DNA of 62,968 nt, filler included, from Thraustochytrium aureum (lineage: Eukaryota): NCBI GenBank assembly GCA_012862495.1. It is 4 parts of 4 records of this genome, joined end to end, with 100 filler letters (N's around TTAATTAATTAA, not from the genome) between each part and the next. Parts side by side here need not be neighbours in the genome. Positions count along the whole stretch, not along the records: positions 1 to 17,834 come from BLSG01000056.1; 3 more parts are not named here. One strand, given 5' to 3'. This document shows, one piece after another, positions 1 to 9,776 of the stretch. Below the pieces are notes generated by a model. The model was not told the origin of the DNA, did no database searches, and saw only the letters and a program-made list of their open reading frames with translations. How positions within the stretch are numbered: the first letter of the stretch is position 1; each line of letters begins with the position of its first letter. Position numbers and translations under genes: made by a program.

Positions 1-588
1 GGCTCTTCCGACCATGCCAGTAACTGGACCTCGATCAGCGAACGGATTGACCAACGTGGACCTGGACTCGGCAGAGCTGCCTACCTCAAGTCAAGCGGAG
101 GCCTAGACGAGTGCTTGGCCGCGCAAGAGGAGGTCGAAGCCTTGGCAAGTTGGCACATTCGCAAGTATCCAGACTATCGCGAGAAGATCGACCAGGAGGT
201 GAAGCGGCGGAAACTGGATCTGAAGGCCGAGCTCGAGGCCGAGCTTGAAGCGCACGTACTTCGCATGCGTGTCCGCGAGTCCGAGGTCGATTCGTGGGCG
301 CGCGAGGCGAGGAGCAAGATCGACGCCGAGGAGAGCACAGTGGCCAATCTCCGCGCGCAGCTCCGCAATGCAGCTTCTGCTCGGTCACTAGTCCAAGTCC
401 GTGTCGAGACCGCGAAGAGCTTGGAGGCGATAACGGCTATCGACAGCGCTAAAAGAGACGCGTTTGGGATCGCCTTGTTGAACGATACCGCTATTGCAAA
501 GGCCGCCTCGAAGCTGCCACAAGCGGATGGCTGTGACCTTGAAGACGGGATCCAGCAATGTACTCCGCGCCAAAACGCCAACCGCTAG
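1..588 (+). CDS. 5'-truncated hypothetical coiled-coil protein (possibly degenerate; a further fragment lies at 809-1030)
   Basis: Frame open from base 1 to TAG at 586-588; E/K/R/A-rich helical sequence (REKIDQEVKRRKLDLKAELEAELEAH); no recognised domain. Confidence 0.45.
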   Translation, partial: GSSDHASNWTSISERIDQRGPGLGRAAYLKSSGGLDECLAAQEEVEALASWHIRKYPDYREKIDQEVKRRKLDLKAELEAELEAHVLRMRVRESEVDSWAREARSKIDAEESTVANLRAQLRNAASARSLVQVRVETAKSLEAITAIDSAKRDAFGIALLNDTAIAKAASKLPQADGCDLEDGIQQCTPRQNANR

Positions 589-1685
589 AGCACGAAAAAC
601 CCAACTCGTCTCACGCTGGCGTCCGGCTTCGTGGAACAAGCTCTCCAACTTTGAATGACCAGCTTGGGGTCAATCCTCGAGTACCTCGGCTTGATTTCGG
701 GCCAGGGCAAGGAGACGCCAACCTCACAATGCCATCCGGGCATGTCGACGGCGCCCCGACTAGCAGTCGTTCGTCTAGAAATCCCTCAGCGCCGCCCTCA
801 AAATCGCAGTGCGCGAATGGATCCTGTGCGATAGTTACATTACAGCTGGGACCGTGAACGGCTGGCTGAAGATGACCATCCAGCGCCTGGGGAGGCAACG
901 TGATTTTGCCGCGAGAGAAGAGGCTCGCTCTATTTTGAATACTAAAAAGAAGGACGGCAAGCTCGGCCTCGCCCGAGCGTTTGCAGCCAGGATACTCGGG
1001 CTGGAAGGTGCCAACTCGGCTTTACCATAGACAAACCGCTCAACCTCAACTTTCAGAACGTGTTAAGCTTCTACCTCGGCCATCTTTCGGCTTTAGCTAT
1101 TTGTCTGCTTCTTCGGCACTCGCAGTGCGTGCAGTGCGCGAGTAGCTCTAGAGCTAGAGCAATTCACCCGACCCGTTATAGTGTTTGGCGGAGCCGGACT
1201 GGTTTCATTGTGCCGCCGCCCGGTTCGACCGGTTGTAAATTTGTTTCAGGCAACAGGCAAACGAGCAGAGGCACTAGTTCTAGCTAGCTACTNNNNNNNN
1301 NNNNNNNNNNNNNNNNNNNNNNNNNNNNNNNNNNNNNNNNNNNNNNNNNNNNNNNNNNNNNNNNNNNNNNNNNNNNNNNNNNNNNNNNNNNNNNNNNNNN
1401 NNNNNNNNNNNNNNNNNNNNNNNNNNNNNNNNNNNNNNNNNNNNNNNNNNNNNNNNNNNNNNNNNNNNNNNNNNNNNNNNNNNNNNNNNNNNNNNNNNNN
1501 NNNNNNNNNNNNNNNNNNNNNNNNNNNNNNCTAGCTAGCTAGAGGACCCCTGGAGCAAGGTCTGAGAACGATCTCGAAGGGCTGATGGCAGGAGGAAACA
1601 AATGGGTTACAGGTTTTGAAGACGACATCTACAACGCGGCGGGCCTTCGTCGGAGCAGGGGTTGCACGGGCGTGCGGATGGGCAC

Positions 1686-2660
1686 TTAGGGCGAGTTTTT
1701 CATGTACGACCAGCACGAGTAGCAAAACGGGTCCTCGGGGCGCACGGTGTTGCCGCAACGGTCTCCGAGGGCCGTCACGAACTGGCACCTGCAGTCGTCT
1801 CGTGTGGCGACCTCTGGTTCACCTGCGTGCTCAGCCTTGACGTGGTGGTGGCTGTACGAGCTGCTAATCTCCATGGTCCTGATCGCCTTGTTAAGCTTGG
1901 CGCTTTCGCCAAAGTCGTCCGACTTGCGCTTGCGCTGGAGGCGCTCCGACTCTGCGGCGATGTCTTCTGCGCTAGCCTTGACGACCTCAATCTCCTCGTT
2001 GCCGATTACGGTCTTGGTCAGTTCGCCGCGGCCGTGCACAATGCAAAAGTCAGTGGCGCCACGCGCTGCTGAGCAGCAGTCCTGGACGACGCAAAGCCGG
2101 CGCCACTGTCGGCCGTCCCACTTTTTGCGGTCTTCGCCGATCTGGTACACGGCGCCCTTGATGCGGGTCGCCTTTGACGGCGTTTCTTGACAAAAATAGG
2201 TCTGGGCTGGCTTGGCGCGGTTGGACTTGATGGTCGAGATCACCTTGCCGAACTGCTTGGCTGTCTTGCGCTTGCGCGCGTCGTTGGGCTCGCGCTTCGG
2301 CGAGATGAGCAAATCGCGGCCGGCGTTGTGGGTTCCTGAGGGCGTTACTGGCAGCAAAAGCACAGGCTGGTCTGGGCTGATGCAGCCTTTTCGGGTTGCT
2401 GGCTCTGCGGTGGGAGCCGGAGCATACATATGGTGGGCATGGTGCACGGCGGGGGCCGCCATTGCGAGCGGCCCGTGCTCGTCGTTCTGGGGCTGGTCGC
2501 CGTGCGGCAGCTCCCAGTGCGCAAAGTTGTCGTGAATCGCTGCCTCGCCCTCCATCCCGTCCAAGCCAGAGAAAAAGTTGTCGAATCCGCTCAGCGACAA
2601 GTAGCTACTCCGTCTGCGCTGCGCTGCCACGCTGCCCGCCGGCGCGTATGAGTCGAACAT
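1686..2660 (-). CDS. Putative zinc-finger transcription regulator (Capicua-N-like/WRKY19-like Cys3His module plus C-terminal Cys cluster)
   Basis: 324-aa ATG ORF; RKKWDGRQWRRLC-x4-CC-SAARGATDFCIVHGRG; basic NLS-like stretches RKRK; C-terminal CQFVTALGDRCGN...FCYSC. Confidence 0.7.
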   Translation of the reverse strand: MFDSYAPAGSVAAQRRRSSYLSLSGFDNFFSGLDGMEGEAAIHDNFAHWELPHGDQPQNDEHGPLAMAAPAVHHAHHMYAPAPTAEPATRKGCISPDQPVLLLPVTPSGTHNAGRDLLISPKREPNDARKRKTAKQFGKVISTIKSNRAKPAQTYFCQETPSKATRIKGAVYQIGEDRKKWDGRQWRRLCVVQDCCSAARGATDFCIVHGRGELTKTVIGNEEIEVVKASAEDIAAESERLQRKRKSDDFGESAKLNKAIRTMEISSSYSHHHVKAEHAGEPEVATRDDCRCQFVTALGDRCGNTVRPEDPFCYSCWSYMKNSP

Positions 2661-5580
2661 CTTCCACGGGTTGCAAGGCGCGGCTCCAGTTCTTCCAAGG
2701 CACTCTGCCGCCGCTGCCGCTGCTCGATGCTTGTCGGGTGTTCACGGGAGGTTTGGTGTCTGGTGTCCTGGGCGCGACACGGTCCATTTCGCATCGAAGT
2801 GGACAGGTGCAGCGCTGGTGATGGTCGATGATGATGATGCTGATGCGAGCAGAGGGGGGCTGGAGCAGAGAGGGGCGGAAGCCACGCGGAGGCCCTGAGG
2901 GCGTGCTTGCAGTGGTACGGCAGCAGCGGCTCGTGTCCCTCAGAACCAAAGCCCGGCGAGACCGTGGAGAGACCGTACACACCTCAACCTGTCCAGTGAG
3001 AATGCTGCGCCTCACGCGCTCTCTGCCTCCATTCAAAAGCGCAGCAAAATAAAATTGAAAGGAGGACTGGCAGGCACCGGCAACGACTCTATCAGAGGCG
3101 TACAGAGTCGCGCACACCCTGCTGCTTGCCTCCGAGTCGGCGGCTTGAAGGAGCTCCTCCGCCTGGAGAGGAGAGTCCAGTCTCGCTCGACGTCAAGGCC
3201 CTGAGACGGCTTGCCGACGACTGCCGCTATGGAGAAATGCATGTGGCGGCCAGCCGAGGAATGAACTGGAGGCCGGTGTGCATGCTCTGTCCGTCTCATG
3301 GGCAAGCAACCAAGCCTCCACGTCGCGCTGGGCGTAAGCGCCGCGGTGCAAGCGGAAATTCCGCGTGCCGCGTTGAACCATCGCCTCCTCCGCGAACGAC
3401 GGCGATGTGCAAGCAAGTGACAGGATGGACAAATGGGATTCGTTCGTTTTATTAATTTTCGTATGCAGGTGACGTCCGCCTGGTGCCGAAACACCGTGCC
3501 AAACTGTGCAACTAGGTCGAGTTTGTCCGCTGGCGCAAGTCTTGCGAGCTGTTCTGGTCTTGCCTCTTCGCCTTTTCTCGAGCCGGCCAAGAGGCAGGCT
3601 GCTGGCTCGTTCAAGTGCGAGCAATCTGGCGGCGCTTGAGAAGCGAAATCTCAAAGGCATTCAGTGGTTCCGAACTGCGGCGAACTGGCCTCGTCGCCCA
3701 GGGTCTGTTGCCTTGGAGGCAAGACAGGGGGCAAGTGACTCTGGACCACGAGATTACCAGTCCACATGCCAGAGTTGCTGTCAAACGTTGGCGTCATCGC
3801 GTTGCCGTCGTAGCGCCTTGTGGCGCGCGACGGGTTGTAGACGAAAGGGGCTGCCCTTGCTCGCCGTCTCTAACGGTGCTCACCGCTTTCGCTGACGGGC
3901 TCTCTAGAGGTGCCTGACAAGCTCAGCCTGCCGCATGTCTTGGCTCGTCGCTGGAACCTTTGCGAAAGCGGCGTGCGCACAACTCGCGAGCAGCCCAAGG
4001 CTGAGGAGTGGATGTGAGAAGTTGCTCTTCCGACGCTGGCACGCGCAGCTCAGATGACCCGGCGAGACCGGTCCGGTGGCTCCCAGACCGGGCGTAAGGG
4101 TAAGGGGCCAGTTCGGGTGCGAGGCCTTTCCGCCCTTCCTTGAAAGGCTAGTCAGCCAGGCCAGAACGTGGCGTGCGCCCCGTCCGCGGTCAGATGCTCG
4201 AGCGAGGAGCTCCGCGGCGGTCACTGGGCGCCCAAACCAAGGGGGGGCCCCAGGACCAAGGGGGGCCCAGACCAAGAAGGATGAGGCTGCCAAATCTGTC
4301 GCCAAGGCGGATCCGCCTTGCTGTCGCCGTCATGTTTGTTTTTTCGGTGGGCTACGCCAGCCGAGCCAAAAGTTTGCCTGGCCCAGCTCTTGACGCAACC
4401 CAACCGGTAGTAGGTGCACCGGCAGGCACACTATTCAGGTTTCTTGCTTTCTTGAACAACTGAACAGGTACGCAGCGTAAATTGGACTGCTTGGCCGTCG
4501 CGGTCCAGACCTGCCAGTGCAGCCGCAAGTTGATCTCTTGGCATAGTAGAGTACAGTGCTCTGCGCTGCACCAAGGGACGGACGACGGCANNNNNNNNNN
4601 NNNNNNNNNNNNNNNNNNNNNNNNNNNNNNNNNNNNNNNNNNNNNNNNNNNNNNNNNNNNNNNNNNNNNNNNNNNNNNNNNNNNNNNNNNNNNNNNNNNN
4701 NNNNNNNNNNNNNNNNNNNNNNNNNNNNNNNNNNNNNNNNNNNNNNNNNNNNNNNNNNNNNNNNNNNNNNNNNNNNNNNNNNNNNNNNNNNNNNNNNNNN
4801 NNNNNNNNNNNNNTCCTGCTTCGGCCGGTGAGTGCACTCTCGTCGATCCAAAAAACCCGCGAAAAAATGAAACGGGTCGGTTGAATGTGACTGACTCGTG
4901 GGATTTTTCAAAATTTCAAGGGAAAACGCGTCTGCTACTGGGAGAAAGCAAGGTCGATGTGTTGACTAGTAGATTCATTCGTCCAGGCACACGCCCCTTT
5001 CCCGCTCAAGTCCTGTATTGTAGGCTTCAGCCCAGCAAGCTTCTGCTCTTAGACCGGATGCAGAGACATCTGCCGGCAAGCCTGCCGAAGGGATAGAGTC
5101 GTTCCGGCCTTCTGGTTGCATTTTCAAAGCGCTCCATCAATCAAGACTGGAGTTGGCTGGAGAGTACAGTACCTTATTCCTGAGTACTCAGTACAAATGC
5201 TACTTTGCTTGTGGCAAGCGACACTCTCAATCAAGAGAAGACTGGAGGATCAACGCCTCGCACGGGAGGCGAGACTGTGATGGGTTCGAGAGTTGTTGCC
5301 TCGAAGCGAGTGACGCGCTTCTGCCTTGCTCCTGATGGGCTTGGATTGCTCCACACGAGTCTTGCGAGCAGCCCGAGGTCTCATGTCAAACTTGGCGACC
5401 AGGACACGGCCACGGACGAGGCAAATCAAGCCCGACTGATCCTGTCATGGGCGAAACGTGAGACGTGTGGTCTTGCCACCTTGCAGCATGCGCAAGCCGA
5501 AAGCAACCCGTGCTCCTGGCATCTCAAGCAGGCCAACTCTATCGAAGCGTCGCCGCAACGCCTCGCCCGTCCGGATGTGA

Positions 5581-5865
5581 GCCCTGGCGATCAACCGGGG
5601 CCGCCACGGCGAGCTCCTCAACATCGCCAGCAAGATGCTGGCCCACAAGGCCGAGATCGTGCCCGACGAGCAGCAGTTCCACCGCGTCGTGCACGAGAAA
5701 GGCGCCGACCGCTTCATTCCCACCGGCGAGGTCGCCGGCCCCGTCTCGGCGGTCGAGGCGGCCGGGTCCTCCTCCAAGGACCGGTCGCGCACCCGCGTGC
5801 GAGAGTACCTCCTGCGCATCGCGCGCGATGAGCCGCGCGACGCTGCGCTGCCCATCAACTCTTAG
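5581..5865 (+). pseudogene. Short coding-like fragment, unknown product
   Basis: Strong G/C third-position bias (ALAINRGRHGELLNIASKMLAHKAEIVPDEQQ...) preceded by an in-frame TGA at 5578; no recognisable domain. Confidence 0.3.
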
Positions 5866-6499
5866 GTTCTCGACGAGAAAGAGGGCGACTGGGTCTACTT
5901 TCACCAGACGGAGAGCAAAAGCGGTTTCGGGGCCGCGTTCTGCAGGCTTGTCGCCACCAACCTGCAGAGCAACTCGGAGCGCGTGCGGGCGTTTGTGACA
6001 ATCGATCAATGGATCCCGAGCGCAGGATCCCTCCCGTCCCAGCCGTCCCCTTCCTCGCCCGCGCGGGGCAGGTCGCGGGATCGCCGCGTAGCGTCTGCTT
6101 TAATTTTAAAACTTTAGGCGGCGTTCTTCAAGCTCTTGCTTACTCTTTCTTCTATTGGCGGCAGAGCGCGCAGCACACGCCGCGCGCCTACTTCGCGAAG
6201 AGTTTCAGCGGGCGAAGCTGGTTGGTCGATTCGGCCGGGTTGGTGGCGCGGAGCTTCCTCCGGTGTGACGCGCTTGCCGCACTAGTTGTGCTCAACGCCA
6301 CGGTGCGGCGCCGCGCCTTCGCGAGACCGGGCGCGTGAACGCGGAGTACTCTAAGCTACAGCTAAGCAGAGAAGGTCCGGCCGCCCTTGCAAAGCCTATC
6401 TCGAGGCAGTGTTCAATTTGATCGCGAGCCCGAATCGCGCGAGTAAAGCACCTAGGTCAGTTGACAGGGAGGGGAAGGGGGCGCTCTACCGCGTCGCCT

Positions 6500-7480
6500 T
6501 CACCGCCCCGGGGCGTACGTCTCACCGTCCCGCGAGAGGCTCGCAACATCCGCCGGCCGCATGCGCGGCTCGCGGTGCCCGTCCGCCCGCCTTGCGTCGC
6601 GAAACGGCGGCGGCGGCGTTTCCAGCAACGCAGTAAACTCAGCAAGCTCCTCGTCTGTGCGAGCCATCTGCTCGTACCACCTGCGCCGCAGCTCTGCCTT
6701 TTCCTCCTCCGAAACGGAGCCAACGAGCCCAGGAGCCATAAAAACGACCTGCTGCATCATCATGGCCGCCGCGACGCTCGCGTTGAACGAGTCTGCAAAG
6801 CCGCGCATCGGCAAGAAAACGCGCTCGTCTGCAGCGTCCACAAACGTCTGCGAGATGCCCGAGGCCTCCGTGCCAATCACAAACGCGAGCTTGTCGGGGA
6901 TCCGCAAATCGCTGCCAGCAAGCCCTGGTGCGCCCACACCCAGCGGCTTGGCCTGCTGGGACAAGTCCGTTACCCAGATATCAAACCCTTCGCTTCGCAA
7001 GGCCGCGATGCAGTCTCGCGCAGTGTCAAACACGTGTAGCGTGAGCCATTTCGTGGCGCCACGGCCCACACCCACGTGGAGTTCGTACAGCTCATTGTCG
7101 CTTTTCCAGTCCGACTTGCCCTTGCGCGACCCGCGGCGCGGGGCCTCCAGCTCGAGCACGGACGCGTTCATGCACACCATGTAAACGTGCTGAAACCCCA
7201 TCGCCTCTGCAGTGCGCAGCACTGCGGCATAGTTGTGGCTGTTCCCCAAACGCTCCAGCACGATCACGCAGCGCCCGATGCGGTCCCGCAGCACGGTTTC
7301 CACGCGCCTCAAGCGCCTCAAATCAGCGTCGACCGCGTCTTGGTCGCCCAGGTCGGCGCTCGTTTCGCCATCATCGGCACGCCGAGCCTCCGAGAGGGCG
7401 GCGTCCTGCCCAGGCGCTGCCCACAATGCCGAGCTCTTGTGCGCGATGGTCGCGGCTGCGGCGCCGAGGGCTGCTGCGGC
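6500..7480 (-). CDS. trmH: SpoU/TrmH-family tRNA (Gm18) 2'-O-methyltransferase, 5' end in gap
   Basis: SpoU motifs VLERLGNSHNYAAVLRTAEAMG, FVIGTEASGIS, LPMRGFADSFNASVAAA. Confidence 0.88.
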   Translation of the reverse strand, partial: AAAALGAAAATIAHKSSALWAAPGQDAALSEARRADDGETSADLGDQDAVDADLRRLRRVETVLRDRIGRCVIVLERLGNSHNYAAVLRTAEAMGFQHVYMVCMNASVLELEAPRRGSRKGKSDWKSDNELYELHVGVGRGATKWLTLHVFDTARDCIAALRSEGFDIWVTDLSQQAKPLGVGAPGLAGSDLRIPDKLAFVIGTEASGISQTFVDAADERVFLPMRGFADSFNASVAAAMMMQQVVFMAPGLVGSVSEEEKAELRRRWYEQMARTDEELAEFTALLETPPPPFRDARRADGHREPRMRPADVASLSRDGETYAPGR

Positions 7481-7674
7481 NNNNNNNNNNNNNNNNNNNN
7501 NNNNNNNNNNNNNNNNNNNNNNNNNNNNNNNNNNNNNNNNNNNNNNNNNNNNNNNNNNNNNNNNNNNNNNNNNNNNNNNNNNNNNNNNNNNNNNNNNNNN
7601 NNNNNNNNNNNNNNNNNNNNNNNNNNNNNNNNNNNNNNNNNNNNNNNNNNNNNNNNNNNNNNNNNNNNNNNNNN

Positions 7675-9098
7675 GGTCGTGGCCGACTGCCACGCAGAGG
7701 TGCTTGCGCGGCGCGGGCTCGAGCACTTTTTGCAGTCCGAGCTTTGCGCGGCGGTTGCAGGAGGCGATACAGGTACCTTGCTGAGGCAGACGGGCGGAGA
7801 CTCCGCCGCGGAGGACGGCAATCGCTGCCCCCCAGCGTTTGCTCTCCGCGACGGCATACAGCTCCACCTCGTCGTCTCCGAGCTGCCCTGCGGCGACTGC
7901 TCGATCGTGAAGGACGGGGCTGCCGCCTCGTACACCGGCGCAAAGCCTGCAACCGACCCTACGCTGCGCGAAGGGGAGCAGCCGCTCGGCATCGTGCGCG
8001 CCAAGTCAGCTCGGCACGACATTGGTCCTGAGAACCGGTCCCTCTCCGTCTCGTGTAGTGACAAGATTGCGCGCTGGCGTGCCGTGGGCCTGCAGGGGGC
8101 ACTGCTCTCGCAGTTCCTTCATGTCCCGGTCGCCTTGGCCTCGGTGCAGCTCACCTCGGACGCTCTTGACCTGACGCCCGAGGCGCGCGAAGCGGCTCGA
8201 TCTCTGGGCTCCGCGAACGCTGCCCCAGCCTGCCTTGGGCGCGCTGGACCAGCCGACCAAGCCGCGACGGATGCGACGAAGATTTGCGCTGTCCCTTGCC
8301 CAAGCCCAAGCCCTAGCTTTGCCTTCGACCCAGCTCGGCTCACAGCGGTTCTCGCCGCAGCGTGGCGCGGGCTTGGCGCTCGGTTGCCGCGCCACGAGGC
8401 GCTTGGCTGCAGCCCCGGATTCTCCGTTTCTGTCGCTAGCGGGGTTTTTGCGCACTCGCAACGACGCAAGGCCGATCCGGCCGGCCACATCGACGACGCG
8501 CAGCCAGGATCCAAGCGCAAGCGGTCGCCCGAGGAGGGTGCCAAGCTCTCCGCAGCGGGTGTCGCCACGGTCTGGACCTGGGTCCCGCAGCGGCATAGGG
8601 TTGAAGCTGGGGCTGACACTGGTGAGCGCCGCCCAGCACCCTTTATTTGCCTTGACGACGCCTTCGGGCGCCCAGCTCGAGGGCCGCGCAGACCTCCTGC
8701 GCCAGGCTACGGGGCAGCTCCACGGCAAAGTGCCCAAGGACCTTTCGCCGTCTGCGCTGCCTGTTCGCGCACAGGAGGGCCAGCGCCTCCCCGACCTTGC
8801 GTTTGTGCCGCGTGTATGTCGGGCCAACCTTTTCGCGCGGCACGCAGCGTTGTGCGAGCTGGCTGGGGCAGACTCCACCGTAAACCTTACATACGCCGAG
8901 GCCAAGCTTTCGGCGCGCAGCACACGGCTTGATGCAGCTCGCGCTGCGCTATTTAGCAGCGACGTGTTCAGAGACCTGGGCGCTCTGAAGCGCGGCCACG
9001 CGGACGCGGTGGCCGGCAAGTGGACGCGTTTCAAGGCCGTCCGCCTCGACCTACCAAAACGATTGCGCTCAGAGCGCGACACCCCAGCGCAACCCTGA
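7675..9098 (+). CDS. ADAT1: tRNA-specific adenosine-37 deaminase (ADAT1/Tad1; A_deamin domain), 5' end in gap, frameshift near 8590
   Basis: DCHAEVLARR, LHLVVSELPCGDCSI and SVSCSDKIARWRAVGLQGALLS motifs; C-terminus (TYAEAKL...W) lies in ORF 8235-9098. Confidence 0.88.
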
Positions 9099-9554
9099 CG
9101 CCTGACGAGCCTTGATCGCCCATGTACCGACACTGTTGTTGTTCTCATCAATTGAAACTTGAACTTTTACACCCGTACTCGTTCACGTCCGTCGCCCGCG
9201 GCCGTTGCTCATGCGAAGCATCCTGTTCCGGCGTGCGTGCGACTTTCGTTCATCCACGGTTGCACGCAGCCACTCGTTGGGTATCATCACCGTTGAGCCA
9301 ATCTTTCAAAGCAAAGTAGGAAGTGCAGAGCAGCTGCGCCATGGCGGCGGCGGTCCCCCACTCTCCTCAGGCTGCTGACACCGTGACGACACGGGCGAGC
9401 GACACGAGTTGCGTGTGCCCCCAACATCATGATGATCGATCGATCTCCATTCATCATTCTCCATTCCATCAGCTGGACCAACAGACACGCTTTGCAAGAA
9501 AGCGCGAGAACGACGAACACGAGCGCCTCCGCAGGCGAAGCAATCGTCGCCGAG

Positions 9555-9594
<40 letters not shown>
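9555..9594 (+). repeat. (CAGC)n tetranucleotide microsatellite, about 10 units
   Basis: Perfect cagccagccagc... run. Confidence 0.95.
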
Positions 9595-9776
9595 TAGCGT
9601 GGCAGGGGCGCGCTCGCGGCTGACGAAGGCCTCGTGCAGACCGCGTCGGCGTGGGTCGGCCACCACCGAGTTGCACAGACCGGGCAGGGTTGGGACTCCG
9701 ACTCCGGGCCTCGAGTAGGTGCGTCGGCGCGCGCAAGGCAGCTCGGACGATACTCGCTGGGGCGGCAGCGAGGGCG

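Noticed and set aside
2700..5450. Numerous 60-200 aa ORFs and possible RNA genes in this long intergenic stretch
   Set aside because: Arg/Ala/Pro-rich chance ORFs expected at high GC; no motifs, and no tRNA/rRNA structure recognised.
5575..5580. In-frame TGA as a selenocysteine codon
   Set aside because: No redox-motif context, no coherent upstream ORF and no SECIS recognised.
6500..7867. ORF-track proteins that read through N gaps (e.g. apparent TrmH fusion with 7675-7867)
   Set aside because: Continuity is produced by Ns translating as X; the distal part is the antisense strand of ADAT1.
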